From: the human T2T-CHM13v2.0 reference genome, Homo sapiens | Assembly: GCF_009914755.1 (NCBI RefSeq) | Contig: NC_060926.1 | Direction: 5' to 3' (one strand) | DNA length: 64,000 nucleotides | In this document: positions 1-12,930 of the stretch, piece after piece | How the letters are laid out: the number at the start of each line of letters is the position of its first letter | How positions within the stretch are numbered: position 1 is the stretch's first letter | Made by a program: the position numbers and the translations under genes | Notes under the pieces: model-generated | The model's database searches: none | The model's input: only the letters and a program-made list of their open reading frames with translations | What the model was told of the DNA's origin: nothing

Positions 1-100
1 GAGGCCAAGGCAGGTGGGTCGCTTGTGCCCAGGAGTTTAAGACCAACCTGGGAAACATGGTGAAACCCTGTCTCTCCAAAAAACCTAACAAACCAAAAAA
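1..100 (+). mobile_element. Alu left-arm fragment (runs off window start)
   Basis: GAGGCCAAGGCAGGTGG...AGGAGTTTAAGACCAACCTGGG...AAACCCTGTCTCT followed by A-rich tract. Confidence 0.85.
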
Positions 101-190
101 CAAACTGAAGGTTTGTGGCAACCCTGTATTTAGTGAGTCTATCAGCACAACTTTTCCATCTGCTCACTTCATGCCTCTGTGTCACATTTT

Positions 191-275
191 GGTCTTGCTC
201 TTTTGCCCAGGCTGGAGTGCAGTGGCACAATCTTGGCCCACCGCAACTTCTGCCTCCCAGGCTCAAGTGATCCTC
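191..275 (-). mobile_element. Tail-less 85-bp Alu fragment inside Tigger1
   Basis: Alu right-arm piece without poly-A or TSD; highly similar to 450-534. Confidence 0.85.
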
Positions 276-320
276 ATAATATTTCAAACATTTTTATTAT
301 TATTGTATCTGTTATGGTGA

Positions 321-701
<381 letters not shown>

Positions 702-1726
702 AGGAAAAGTGCTTGAAGGAAATTAAAAGTGCTACTTCACTGAACACATACATGATAAGAAAGGGAAACAGTCTTATTGCTGATAAGGAGAGGGTTTGAG
801 TGGTCTGGATAAATGATCAAACCAGCCACAACATTCCCTTAAGCCAAAGCCTAATCCAAAGCAAGGCGTTAACTCTCTTCAATTCTGTGAAGGCTGAGAA
901 AGCTGAGGAAGCTGCAGAAGAAAAGAGTGAAGCTGCCGGAAGTTGGTTAATGAGGTTCAAAGAAAGAACCCGGTCCATAACATAAAAGTGCAAGATGAAG
1001 CAGCAAGTACTAATGTAGAAACTGCAGCAAGTTATCCAGAAGATCTAGCTAAGATCATGGATGAAGGCGGCCATGCTAAACAATAGATTTTCCATGTAGA
1101 CGAAATATTGGAAGAATATTTTGATTCTACTGAAAGTTTCTATTGGAAGAAGATGCCATCCAGGACTTTCTTTCCTAACGAGGAGTAGCCAATGCCTGGC
1201 TTCAAAACTTTAAAGGACAGGCTGACTCTCTTGTTGGGGGCTAATGCAGCTGGTGACTTTAAGTTGAAGCCAATACTCATTTACCATTCCAAATATCCTA
1301 GGCCCTTAAAATTAATGATAAGTCTACTCTGCCTGTACTCTATAAATGGGACAATTCCTGGATGACATTGGTTTACACCATAATTTACTGAATATTTTAA
1401 GCCCAATATTGAGACCTACTGCTCAGAAAAAGATTCCTTTCAAAATATTTCTGCTCATTTACAGTGTACCTAGTCACTCAAGAGCTTTGGCCAAGATGTA
1501 CAAGGAGATTAATGTTGTTTTCATACCTGCTAACACAACATCCATTCTGTAGCCCATAGATCCAGGAGTTATTTAATTATTTTGGCTTTCAAGCCTTATT
1601 ATTTAAGAAACACATATCATAAGGCTATAGCTGTCATAGTGATTTCTCTTATGGATCTGGGCAAAGTACACTGAAAACTTCTGGAAAGAATTTACCATTC
1701 TAGATGCCATTAAAAATATTCATGAT

Positions 1727-2055
<329 letters not shown>

Positions 2056-2629
2056 TCATGGATGACTTTGAGAGATTCATGATTTGGGTAGAGGAAGTAA
2101 CTGCAGATGAATGGAAATAGCAAGAGAACTAGAATTAAAAGTGAAGCCTAAAGATTGACTGAATTGCTGCAATCTCATGATAAAACACGAATGGATGAGG
2201 AGTTGCTTCTTATGGATGAGCAAAGAAAGTGTTTTTTTGAGATGGAGGCTATTCCTGGTAAAGATGCTGTGAACACTGTTGAAGTGACAACAAAGGATTT
2301 AGAATGTTACATAAACTTAGTTGATGGAGCAGCGGCAGGGTTTGAGAGGATGGACTCCAGTTTTGAAAAAAGTTCTACTGTGGGTAAATTGCTATCAAAC
2401 AGTATTGCATGTTACAGAGAAACCCTTCGTGAAAGGAAGAGTCAGTCAGTTAATGCAGCAAACTTTATTGTCTTATTTTGAGAAATTGCCACAGCCACCC
2501 CAACCTGCAGCAATCACCACCTTGATCAATCAACAGCCAACAACATCGAGGCAAGACCCTCCACCAGCAAAAAAGATTACAACCTGCTGAAGTCTCAGAT
2601 GATATTAGCATTTTTGCGGTAAAGTATTT

Positions 2630-2765
2630 TGTTATTATTATTATTGTAGAGATGGGGGTCTCGCTTTGTTGCTCATGCTGGTCTTGAGCTCCTGGGCTCA
2701 AGCAGTCCTCCTTCCTTGGTCTCTCAAAGTGCTGAGATTACAGACCTTAACCACCTCACCCAACC
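2630..2765 (-). mobile_element. FLAM/AluJ monomer in Tigger1
   Basis: (TTA)n tail then GTAGAGATGGGGGTCTCGC...CAAAGTGCTGAGATTACAG. Confidence 0.85.
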
Positions 2766-3073
2766 CACAATAGAGTATTTTTAATTAAGGTATGTACATT
2801 GTTATTTTAGACATGATGTTATTGCACACTTAATAGACTACGCTATAGTATAAACATAATTTTTATATGCACTGGGAAACCAAAAAATGTGTGCGACTCA
2901 TTTTATAGTGATATTCCCTTTATTATGGTGGTCTGGAATCAATCTTGGAATAGCTCTGAGGTATGCCTGTATAGCGATGGGCCAGAAATTTGACTACATA
3001 GAAGCCAATTCATAGGAGATAAAGGCTGGAGAGGATCCAGCTATACGGTGGGATGAATAAATAAGAGTGAATG

Positions 3074-3371
3074 GGCCGGGTGTGGTGGCTTACGCCTATA
3101 ATCCCAGCACTTTGGGAGGCTGAGTTGGGTGGATCACCTGAGGTCAGGAGTTCGAGACCAGCCTGGCCAACATGGCAAAACCCTGTCTCTACTAAAAATA
3201 CAAAAATTAGCCGGGTATGGTGGCAGATCCCTATAATCCCAGCTACTTGGGAGGCTGAGGCAGGAAGAATGGCTTGAACCTGGGAAGGGGAGGTTGCAGT
3301 AAGCCGAGACCATGCCACTGCACTACAGCCTGGGTGACAGAGCGAGACTCTGCCTCAAAAAAAAAAAAAAA
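3074..3371 (+). mobile_element. AluSx-like, full length
   Basis: GGCCGGGTGTGGTGGC...GGATCACCTGAGGTCAGGAGTTCGAG...poly-A. Confidence 0.95.
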
Positions 3372-3539
3372 TGGAAATAGTCAAGAGTAGAAGAAACTAG
3401 AAGGGATTCAGAGATTCAGGGTAACAGGGTAGGCAGTAGGCACTGGGGACAGGGGTATGTGGAATGTGATGTAGATTAGGCCCTAAGAGGATGGAAAAGT
3501 TCCTGAGATTAGGCAGACGCTCCAAGCAGCACCTTTGAA

Positions 3540-3700
3540 CTGCGGTCATCAAACTCGGGTACCCAATAGAACTACCTGGGAAGATTTTTAAAAATATAGA
3601 TCCCGCTATCCCCACCCCTGGGGATTCAAATCTAGCAGATCTCATGAAACTGTTTTAAAATATAAGCCCCACGTATTCTCATGAACCAGCCTGACTTTGA
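3540..3700. mobile_element. MER5-like hAT-Charlie MITE
   Basis: AGAACTACCTGGGAAGATTTTTAAAAATATAGATCCC-type core. Confidence 0.55.
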
Positions 3701-3999
3701 GTCCAATGTTAAAGCTGGTGTTGAGGGGGCTTCTACTGGGTAGTGGGCGGAGTTCTGGGAATAAAGGCACCCACTCATCTAGGGGTGAAGCAGGGCTCAT
3801 GCTTCAGGAGAGGAAGGCTGGATCCTCTTGCAGAGCATCTGTAATGTGTCAGTTTGTAGAAATCGTGTACTTTCAGATTATTTGCCCTCTGGTTGATTAT
3901 TTTGCCTGAGTATGAGGATTTGGAGGTGGCACTGAGGGGGTACTGCATAGTTCCAAGAGGTGCTGTCTTGCGTCTTAGAAGATAGCATCCCAAATCACC

Positions 4000-4299
4000 T
4001 TTTTTTTTTTTTTTTTTTTTGAGACAGAGTCTAGCTCTGTCACCAGATGGAAGTGCAGTGGTGCAATATTGGCTCACCGCAACCCTATGCCTCCCGGGCT
4101 CAAGTGATTCTTCTGCCTCAGCTTCCTGAGTAGCTGAGACTACAGGTGCACGCCACCACGCCTAGCTAATTCTTGCATTTTTAGTAGAGACGGGGTTTTA
4201 CCATGCTGGCCAGGATGATCTTGATCTCTTGACCTTGTGATCTGCCCGCCTCGGCCTCCCACAGTGCTGGGATTACAGGCATGAGCCACTGTGCCTGGC
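4000..4299 (-). mobile_element. AluS (Sc-like)
   Basis: poly-T plus full dimer; flanked by CACCTT repeats. Confidence 0.93.
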
Positions 4300-4327
4300 C
4301 CACCTTAAGAGGCAGAAAAACAGAGGC

Positions 4328-4625
4328 ATTAAGAGTACAGACTGGAGCCAGGATACCTGGACTTGTAGCACATCTGGGGTTGCCAATTTAGCAAATAAAA
4401 GTACAGGATACCCAGTACAATCTCAGTGTCGTGTTTTATCTGGCAGCCCTAATCCCAGCTCCAGCACTTATTAGCCGTGTAACACAGTGCACTGCTGAAC
4501 ATCTCTGTACCTCAGCTTCCTCCTCTGTAAAGTGGGGATAATAGTGCCCATCTTATAACATTGCTAAAGGGTTATGAGTTAAGCATGTTCAGTGCTTCGG
4601 ACAGTGCCTAAGTGCTGGATAAATA
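4328..4625 (+). mobile_element. MIR, with MER53-like hAT insert at ~4376-4451
   Basis: MIR core CTCAGCTTCCTCCTCTGTAAAGTGGGGATAAT; insert bounded by GGGTTGCCA...TGGCAGCCCT inverted termini. Confidence 0.75.
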
Positions 4626-5059
4626 TTAGATTCTACCATTATTTGATGGTGCCCCTCCAATGTTTTCATTACAACACCAGGTTAGGGGCAGGCTGTTAAG
4701 AGTTCTTAAAGTTGCAACAATATTATTTCCTTTACCCCCAAATAACGTGATCCAGGGTTCACTTTCTTTATGGGCCAATGGGATACATAGAATAGGAATG
4801 TACATGGTCAAAAGCTGCATCACTAATTCTGACTGGAGGTCTTTCTAGTTCCTACCTTTTATCCACAAGGTGAAGTGACTAGCCTAGACTGTGGCTAGCT
4901 CACAGCACCCCACCAACTGGTGGAGATTAGCCATCCCCATCGAATATTTTGCAGATAGTGAGTAGTGACTGCTTATGCATCAGAAACAAACAAAAAGTAG
5001 AATTTACATGGTCAAAGCCTTTAGGATTAATTCAATCACAAGCATAAAACTTTTGCAAT

Positions 5060-5207
5060 GACAGATGTTACACATCTGCACCATCCAATATGACATCCAC
5101 TAGCCACATGTGGCTATTTAGCACAGAGAATGTAGCTAGAACAACTGAGATATTGAATTTTTAATCTAGCTACATGTGGTGAGTGGCTACCATTTTGGAC
5201 AACACAG
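5060..5207. mobile_element. MER3-like hAT-Charlie MITE
   Basis: CCAATATGACATCCACTAGCCACATGTGGCTATTTAGCAC...GTGGCTACCATTTTGGACA. Confidence 0.75.
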
Positions 5208-5761
5208 GAAAGGAAGCATCTGGAATCCAGAAAGGTAAAATAAGTTTCCCCAGGTCTTACAGTCAATTGTTTATAAGGCTGGGCCTAGGATTCATGTCTC
5301 CTGACTCCTTTTTCAGTGCTCTTTCATTCTGGAGCACTTAAGAATAAATGCCACACGTAGAGAGGCAACTCTCCTACCTAGAAAGCCTTGTAACATTAAA
5401 TTAGATTACCGGGCAGTCTTAGCTCGAAAGCCCGGAGAACATTATCAGGAACAAGAAGGATAAGATGCAGAAATGCAGCCTGCAGAGTTACAGACATTTC
5501 TTAAGGCTCTAATCCTCAGATAAACAGCTCTGCTCTTTCATCTTCTCTGGATGACACCTCCTTTGTTAAAGCTGTCAAACTCTGTGACAGCTTAAGCCCC
5601 ACTGACTACATTAGAGGGCATGTTGCAGAGGGGCCAACCTGGATAGGTCACAGCCCCATGTGCACTGAGCCTGCTCTGCTCCATCAGCACAGACCCCTTA
5701 TGCCCCATTCCTAGGGACCCCATCTGGGTGGGGTAGGATAAGGCTTCTCATTGAGAGCAGG

Positions 5762-6020
5762 GGATATGGTAAAGCAATGTGCTCTGAAGATAGCAGGGCT
5801 GCCTGGGTTCGAATCCCAGCTTGGCCACTTACTGCAATGCAAGCTGGGTAACCTTGGGCAAGTAACTTGACCTGTCTGGGCTTCTGTTTCATCATCTATA
5901 AACAGGAGACAATAGCCATGCCTATTGCATCAGGTTGTTGTCGGATTAAAAGAGTAATACATGTAGAGCACATAGAACTATGTCTGGCCCACAGAAAAAA
6001 CACTTGATAAACACTAGCTG
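5762..6020 (+). mobile_element. MIR, near full length
   Basis: B-box GGTTCGAATCCC, ACCTTGGGCAAGTAACTT, CTGTTTCATCATCTATAAA. Confidence 0.9.
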
Positions 6021-6246
6021 TTTTTAGAGTGGGCCTTAACAAGGAAGTTGTGGTTGGAGAGAAGGCAGAACACAGGCTGGATCTGGCAGATGACTTTGAG
6101 CAAGTTGCTTAATGTTTCTGTGGGTCAGCATTTTTTAGGTCTAAGTTATAGTGAGAACACTGGGACTCCCATAGTAGGAGGATAATAGAGAACAGCAAAG
6201 AAGGAATTAAAGGAACAATAATATTTTTGTGTGACTATGAGTTGTT

Positions 6247-6363
6247 CTTTTTTTCAAATTTTTCTTTTTTTGAGATGGAGTCTCATTCTTTCACTGAGGC
6301 TGCAGTGCAGTGGCGCGATCTCAGCTCCATCACTGCGACCTCCACCTCCTGGGTTCAAATGAT
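6247..6363 (-). mobile_element. Alu right-arm fragment
   Basis: T-tract then GAGATGGAGTCTC...CCTGGGTTCAAATGATT, truncated. Confidence 0.88.
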
Positions 6364-6396
6364 TAACTATGAAGTGTTATAAAAACTTTCTTTCCT

Positions 6397-6612
6397 AGAT
6401 CGAGAGCATCCTGTCTAACACGGGTCTCTAATAAAAATGCAAAAACAAAATTAGCCAGGCGTGGTGGCGGGCGCCTGTAGTCCCAGCTACTCAGGAGGCT
6501 GAAGCGGGAGAATGGTGTGAAGCCGGGAGGCGGAGCTTGCAGTAAGCCGAGATCACACCACTGCACTCCAGTCTGGGTGACAGAGCAAGACTCCGTCTCA
6601 AAACAAACAAAC
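6397..6612 (+). mobile_element. AluY, 5'-truncated
   Basis: GATCGAG, GGCGGAGCTTGCAG Y diagnostics; TSD-like AACTTTCT(T/C)TCCTA on both sides. Confidence 0.9.
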
Positions 6613-6744
6613 AACTTTCTCTCCTAATAATATTTTCAGGGGAGCCCTACTCTTCCATGTCAGGGCAGCGGCTACATTTGTATGTCAGGATCACAGGCTC
6701 TTTCAGAATCTATTGAGATCCTGGAGTCTAAAGAACATGAATAG

Positions 6745-6960
6745 GGACCCACAGGGCAAATCCAGGCTGCAAGTGTGTCTTGCTTGGCCTGTAGTGAGGA
6801 CCCAAACAGTATTTTAAAAATGTTTAATTAGTTGCCAACATTTGAAAAAACAGGAGATTTCACATTTTAAAAATCCAGGTTTCCAGTTTCTCTTGCAAAA
6901 TCAGATAACATGGTAGCATCGGCCCAAACTCAAGCCAGGCAACAACTGGCTGGCGCAAAG
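6745..6960. mobile_element. MER103-like hAT-Charlie relic
   Basis: GGAGATTTCACATTTTAAAAATCCAGGTTTCCAGTTTCTCTTG resembles MER103 core. Confidence 0.6.
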
Positions 6961-7117
6961 TGCAGGCCCTCGGGGCCGTGACATTACCTACCTGGCCCAC
7001 CTCATTCTGTGTGCTCTGCCTGCGTGTCCCCAGATCTAGTCCCACCCTTCCCTTCAATGATGGGAAAACGGAGGGACCCAGTTTCCCAGCCCTCAGGCCA
7101 GTGCCCCTTCCTTTACA

Positions 7118-7283
7118 CCTGTGGTTCTCAAACTTGAGACAGCATCAGAATCGCCTGGAGGACTTGCTGAAACACATTGCTGGGCCCACTCCCAGAGTTT
7201 CTGATTCAGTGGGTTTGCATTTCTGGTAAGCTCCCAGGGATGCCGATGCTGCTGGTCCAGGGCTGTACTTTCAGAGCTACTGT
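7118..7283. mobile_element. MER5A hAT-Charlie MITE
   Basis: GTGGTTCTCAAACTT...GCATCAGAATCGCCTGGAGG...CAGAGTTTCTGATTCAGT. Confidence 0.88.
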
Positions 7284-7298
7284 ATTGCATCAAACCAC

Positions 7299-7610
<312 letters not shown>

Positions 7611-7969
7611 TAGATTTGAGAATTCTGGTTTTGGTCTCCTTGGTTCTGCCCCTCTTTCCCCATTGTCTTTGGTTTGCTTGCTGTTTTCTTCATCTTTGTT
7701 TCTTCTTAGCCATTCTTTTATCCCCGCCCTTGCTTTTCGAGGTTGTCTTTTTTCCAGAAGTCAGCTGCGGGGGTGTCTTGAGCCCCCACCCCCGTAACCT
7801 GCCTTAGCAGCCCCTCAGTACCCCTTTCTGCGGCCCAGCCTCTCCCCCAGTCACCCCCTAGGAAAAAGCGTGCCCGGGAGCCCAGCTGCTCCCTCCTGCT
7901 CCAATGCTCCTGGGGGCAAATGACCATCCCTCTGTCCAGCCCAGAACGACAGGGCTGGGACTGAGAGCC

Positions 7970-8050
7970 TCAATCCTCCTCCAGGGAAGCCTTGTGCCTG
8001 CCTGGGCCGCTGCGGGGTTCGGGTGCCAGCATCTTCGCGGATGTTGGCAT
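7970..8050 (-). other. 26-codon smORF/uORF MPTSAKMLAPEPRSGPGRHKASLEED*
   Basis: ATG with A at -3 (GAAGATGC), second in-frame ATG in identical context; ~140 nt downstream of predicted TSS; translation unproven. Confidence 0.25.
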
Positions 8051-8510
8051 CTTCGTAATCACAGCGGTCACGTCGCCGTCATTCAACCCTTTCTGTCGTC
8101 AGGTGCCCAGCCACTCCCTGGGGGCGCCTGCAGCCCAGACGCCCGGCAGCCTCTCCAAGCCACGGAGGATGACTGGACTGCGGCTCCGCGGGAAGATGAA
8201 GGCGACCACTGTCTTTATAGAGGAGTTGTCTCTTATCCTCCAGGGAACCAGAAATAGGCAGGTCGACCAGGCGTCGGCCCCTCCGCCTCCGCCTGGCCCT
8301 GTGCTCCCCGGGGCCCAGCGCCCCGAACACAACCCCAGGGACTCACGGCATTTGATGTGGCCCCCAGCGGCCCGCAGCTCCAGCCACGTTTGGGCGGGAT
8401 CCGGCTGTTCGCGGGTCGGGCCGCCCAACCTGCCAATCCGCAGCTGCCGCCTGCCCCCAGGCAGGCCCGATTACTGGTTTTGCACCTGGAAGGGGCCCCA
8501 ACCCGGCTTT
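7990..8510. promoter_or_regulatory. CpG island
   Basis: Only non-repeat stretch with dense CpG and high GC in an otherwise CpG-depleted window. Confidence 0.85.
8185..8440 (-). promoter_or_regulatory. Candidate minus-strand Pol II core promoter
   Basis: TATAAAG (minus, 8219-8213), GATAAG (minus, 8237-8232), GC boxes at ~8283-8294, 8392-8398, 8421-8426, CCAAT 8433-8437; predicted TSS ~8185-8190. Confidence 0.55.
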
Positions 8511-9119
8511 GGTGAGACTCTATCTCCCAGGTGGTGCAGGAGTGGCTGCGGTGTCTGGGGCAAGGGGAAACCCCAGGTAAACTCTAACAACCAAGAAGGA
8601 GGCAGGCGAGAACTTTTTTCGGGGCAGGGAGAAGAGGAGGCAGAGGTGGGGAGGGGAGGGGAGATGAGTGCTGTTGCTGGGGACTTGGCGCCTTCTCACG
8701 TGGCTTCCCAGGCCACCATCAATAGCAGGGGCAAAGCATGCATCTTGCCACTCCACCTGTACCGAGTTTGGCCAAGTCACTGGCAGAGCTAGGCTTTGAT
8801 GTTCTCCATTCTCCCCTGTGCCAGAAGGAAGGCACCCACTGCCTCTCGTGTTTTCGCTTTGCCTCCTGCCTGCCAACCAAAGGTGAAAGGGGAAGATTTT
8901 GGAGTCCGAATGCCGGGAGCCCTTGGTTGCCACTAGTTTCTTAGGCAGCTCTTCTGCTCTGCCTGCTGCTGAGCACACAAGTCCAAGGGCACACTGACCT
9001 TCAGGAGAGCAAGGAAGCATGAATCCTACAAAAAGGAGTATAGGGAGAAGAGCAGATGGCAGACTGGGGCCTGGGGGCCTCCTGCTACAGAATTTACCTA
9101 ATCCACCCAGATTTCATAT

Positions 9120-9335
9120 AATAAAAATTGCTGCTGTTTGAATGTTCACTGTTCCCCCAGACACTATGCTAAGGGCATGACTTGCTTTCTCTCCTTGAAT
9201 CCTAGCAGTCCTATAAGATCCCCATTGTACAGATGAGGACACTAAGGCTTAGAAAGGGTTAAGTACTTACCCATAGTAGATAAGGGTGGGAGGAAATTTA
9301 AACTCATGCTGACTGACCCTGGAGTCCACTGTTGA
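9120..9335 (-). mobile_element. MIR
   Basis: CCCATTGTACAGATGAGGACACTAAGGCTTAGAAAGGGTTAAGT (MIR core, reverse). Confidence 0.8.
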
Positions 9336-9652
9336 ACCTTTTATTATCTGGCCTTCTAAAGAGTGGTCTGGCCTCAATGGACAGGTGGAATCAAGAGAAG
9401 GCCAGGATTTCCAGGGAGGGAGAGGCTGGATGAGCTTCACTGGCCCTGAATAAAATAAAACTATTTTTTTCCTTTTTAAGGAATAGAATAAGAGCACACT
9501 TAATGGCCAAATATTCCAACATTTTCAGGCCCATCCTGATTTCCAAGAGTCCTGGTGTGCTCATTAATCATGAAAATATCTTGGACAAATTGGTTTCTGG
9601 GGCCCAAATTGCCACTTAGACTCCTCACAGTTGGAAGCAACATGAAACTTAC

Positions 9653-9720
9653 CTGTTGGTCTGTGAGTCCCATCTTTTGACATAAAAATGGCAGTTTCCT
9701 GTCTCATAGGAGCTCTCCCT
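9653..9720 (-). other. Candidate 68-nt internal exon
   Basis: Minus strand: CATTTCTTTCTCCACCTTTTGTTGACAG acceptor, then 68 nt, then perfect CAG|GTAAGT donor. Confidence 0.5.
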
Positions 9721-9879
9721 CTGTCAACAAAAGGTGGAGAAAGAAATGGTCCCATTTTCATTTCACCATAACTCAGAGGAATTTTTTATGATGATAAATT
9801 GAGGTTTCCTAAAAGCTGACAGCTTTTCTTTGTTTCCTTTGTATTGTCCTGATTTCCCTGAAGTGATTTGCAAAAACAT

Positions 9880-10060
9880 CCTGAGAATTAAAAGGGAGCT
9901 TACAGATTATATCATCCAACTCCTAATTTTACGGGTAAAGACAATGAAGCCAAGAAAAAAAGTGACCAGCCCAAGGTTGCAGTTAGACACCGGTCAAGGT
10001 AGAGCTAGAACCCGAGGGGTGGGGGCAGGACGTCTCAGTCCTCGGGCCTCTGCACTGGGT
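9880..10060 (-). mobile_element. MIR
   Basis: ATCATCCAACTCCTAATTTTACGGGTAAAGACAATGAAGCC...GCCCAAGGTTGCAG. Confidence 0.6.
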
Positions 10061-10496
10061 GAAATGCAAAAGGTCCTTGTTATTGTTCCATGGGGAAAAG
10101 TGGGGTGAGACTGTGAGGCTGTGGGTGTGTCGATCTGAGGACCCCAGTGGGTAGGGAAGGCTGTGACAGCTAGAGAAAGGAGAGGAGCCCTGGGAGAAGG
10201 AAGGGAAGCCAAAGAAACTCACTGGGCCACAGAGGCCACCAGAAGCCATGTGTGCCACCAGCAGGTAGAGACAGCAGTCACTCAGGACTCTCACAAGAAT
10301 AGTCTCTATTGTGCAGGGAACTCGGCTCAGGTACAAGGCACTCCCTGTCAGCCCCACTTTAATCTGAAGATCCCTCCATTCTCAAAACACTCACCCCAGG
10401 TTATGTCCTTCCGACCCCCAGTCCTCCTTTCATCCTTCTGTTTCAATGATGAGGCTGCCTGCAGCCTCCCCTTTGGACACTGGATGAGAGAAATTT

Positions 10497-11254
<758 letters not shown>

Positions 11255-11989
11255 TTAGGTTCACAGGTGCATGTGCAGGCTTGTTATATAAGTGAATTGC
11301 ATGTCACAGGAATTTAGTGTACAGATTAAGGAAATACATTTCTATTGAAGCCCTGGTCACAGGCCTCTGGCTTCTACCCTCAAGTTTCTCTTATAGAGCC
11401 ATGATCTTTCCTAGGGGTTGGGGAGTGGTTAGCAGAATCTAGAAGGAAGGATGTCACTGATTACAAAGCAGAGAAGAAACTGATGTTGAGAGTAACCCAC
11501 CATGTTCCATTCTCCACTTACAAGGAGAATTAGTGTTCACCATGATATGCCACAAAAACAAAACAAAATAAAAAGTGGCTCTTTCAAGATCAAAATGGAA
11601 GTTTCTCCAGAAATTATCCATTTTGATATTTTTGGTCAAGAATGAGTGATTTACATTTTTAACATCAAGAATGGTATGAGCTTTTAAAATGTTTATATAA
11701 AAAAAGGAATGTGATATGTTTTAAAAGATTTAGAAGCACAGCTTTAGCTAGTCAGGTCCCTTAGGGTCACTGCGTATGGCTTTTCCTTCCTCCAGCTGTT
11801 CTTGCTACTCATTTGGAAACTTAGAATTATGTATCAGCAAAGAAATGATAAATGTTTGAGATGATGGATATGCTAATTACCTTGATCTGATCACTAGACA
11901 TTATATATATCAAGACATCACTGTATACAATATAAACATATACAATTAGTATGTGTCAATTAAGAAAACAATACACAATAAAAGGCTTG

Positions 11990-12930
11990 TGTATTGTTAA
12001 GATTGCCTAGATTATACTGCGGTGACAAAAACTCCCAAGTTTCAGCAACTTAAGAGAGAAATCAGAACACTTTTCTTAAAGGGCCAGATACTAAATATGT
12101 TCTGCTTTGCAGGCCAGTTTCGTTTTGTTTCCTTTTTCTTTTCTCTTTTCTTTTCTTTTCTTTCTTTCCTTTCTTCCTTCCAGTTTTTCTTTTCTCCTTC
12201 CATCCTTTCTTCTCTCTCTCTCTCTTTCTTTCTCTGTCTCTTTTTTTTTTTTTCTTTTCAGAGTGCAGTGGCTCCATCTTGGCTCATTGCAACCTCTGCC
12301 TCCTGGGCTCAAGCGATCCTCCCTCCTCAGCCTCCCGAGTAGCTGGGACTACCACCATATGCAGCTAATGTTTGAATTTTCTGTAGAGATGAGGTTTCAC
12401 CACGTTGCCCAGGCTAGTCTCAAATTCCTGGGCTCAAGCTATCAGGCCACCTGCGCCCTCTAAAGTACTGGGATTACAGGTGTGAGCCACTGCATCAGGC
12501 CAAGCCAAACAGTTTTTGTAGCAGCTACTTAACACCACCTTGGTAGTGTGAAAACAGACATTATGTAAATGAATAGTTGTGGCTGTGTTCCAATAAAACT
12601 TTATTTATAAATACCACTAGCCCTCGGGCATAGTTTACCAACCCTTGGCTTAAAATAATAAAGGCCTACTTCATGCTTGTGCTCTATGTCCATCAGGGAT
12701 TGGGTGATGGGTAATGGCTCTGTTCTACATTACCGTCATCCTTAAGCCAGGACCAGTTTGATGGAGGAGCCTCTATAGGGCACATTGCTAATCGCCTCAG
12801 CAGAAGGAGAGGAACTGGCAAAGTATGCACTGGTCTTGAAAGCTTCTGCCCAGATGTGGCACACAGCTATTACTGCCCAAATCAAGTCACGTGGCCCCAA
12901 CCATGTTCAACAGAGCAGGAAAGTACAATC
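11990..12930. mobile_element. Old MaLR (MLT1J/K-like) LTR relic with nested MER58A and AluJ
   Basis: CTAGATTATACTGCGGTGACAAA...; AAGCTTCTGCCCAGATGTGGCACA...AAGTCACGTGGCC; MER58 motif GGCTGTGTTCCAATAAAACTTTATTTA at ~12581-12607. Confidence 0.65.
12120..12501 (-). mobile_element. AluJ with expanded ~140-bp polypyrimidine tail
   Basis: (CT/TTTC)-rich tract 12120-12258 followed by Alu body. Confidence 0.88.

Noticed and set aside
7900-8510. Assigning a gene name to the CpG-island promoter
   Set aside because: I do not recognise the sequence with confidence; needs genome alignment
7992-8792. Longest ORF (266 aa, plus; first ATG ~8169)
   Set aside because: Non-ATG start, crosses a GC-rich CpG island where stops are naturally rare, Pro/Gly/Arg/Ser-rich with no recognisable domain; overlapping ORFs in several frames show it is compositional
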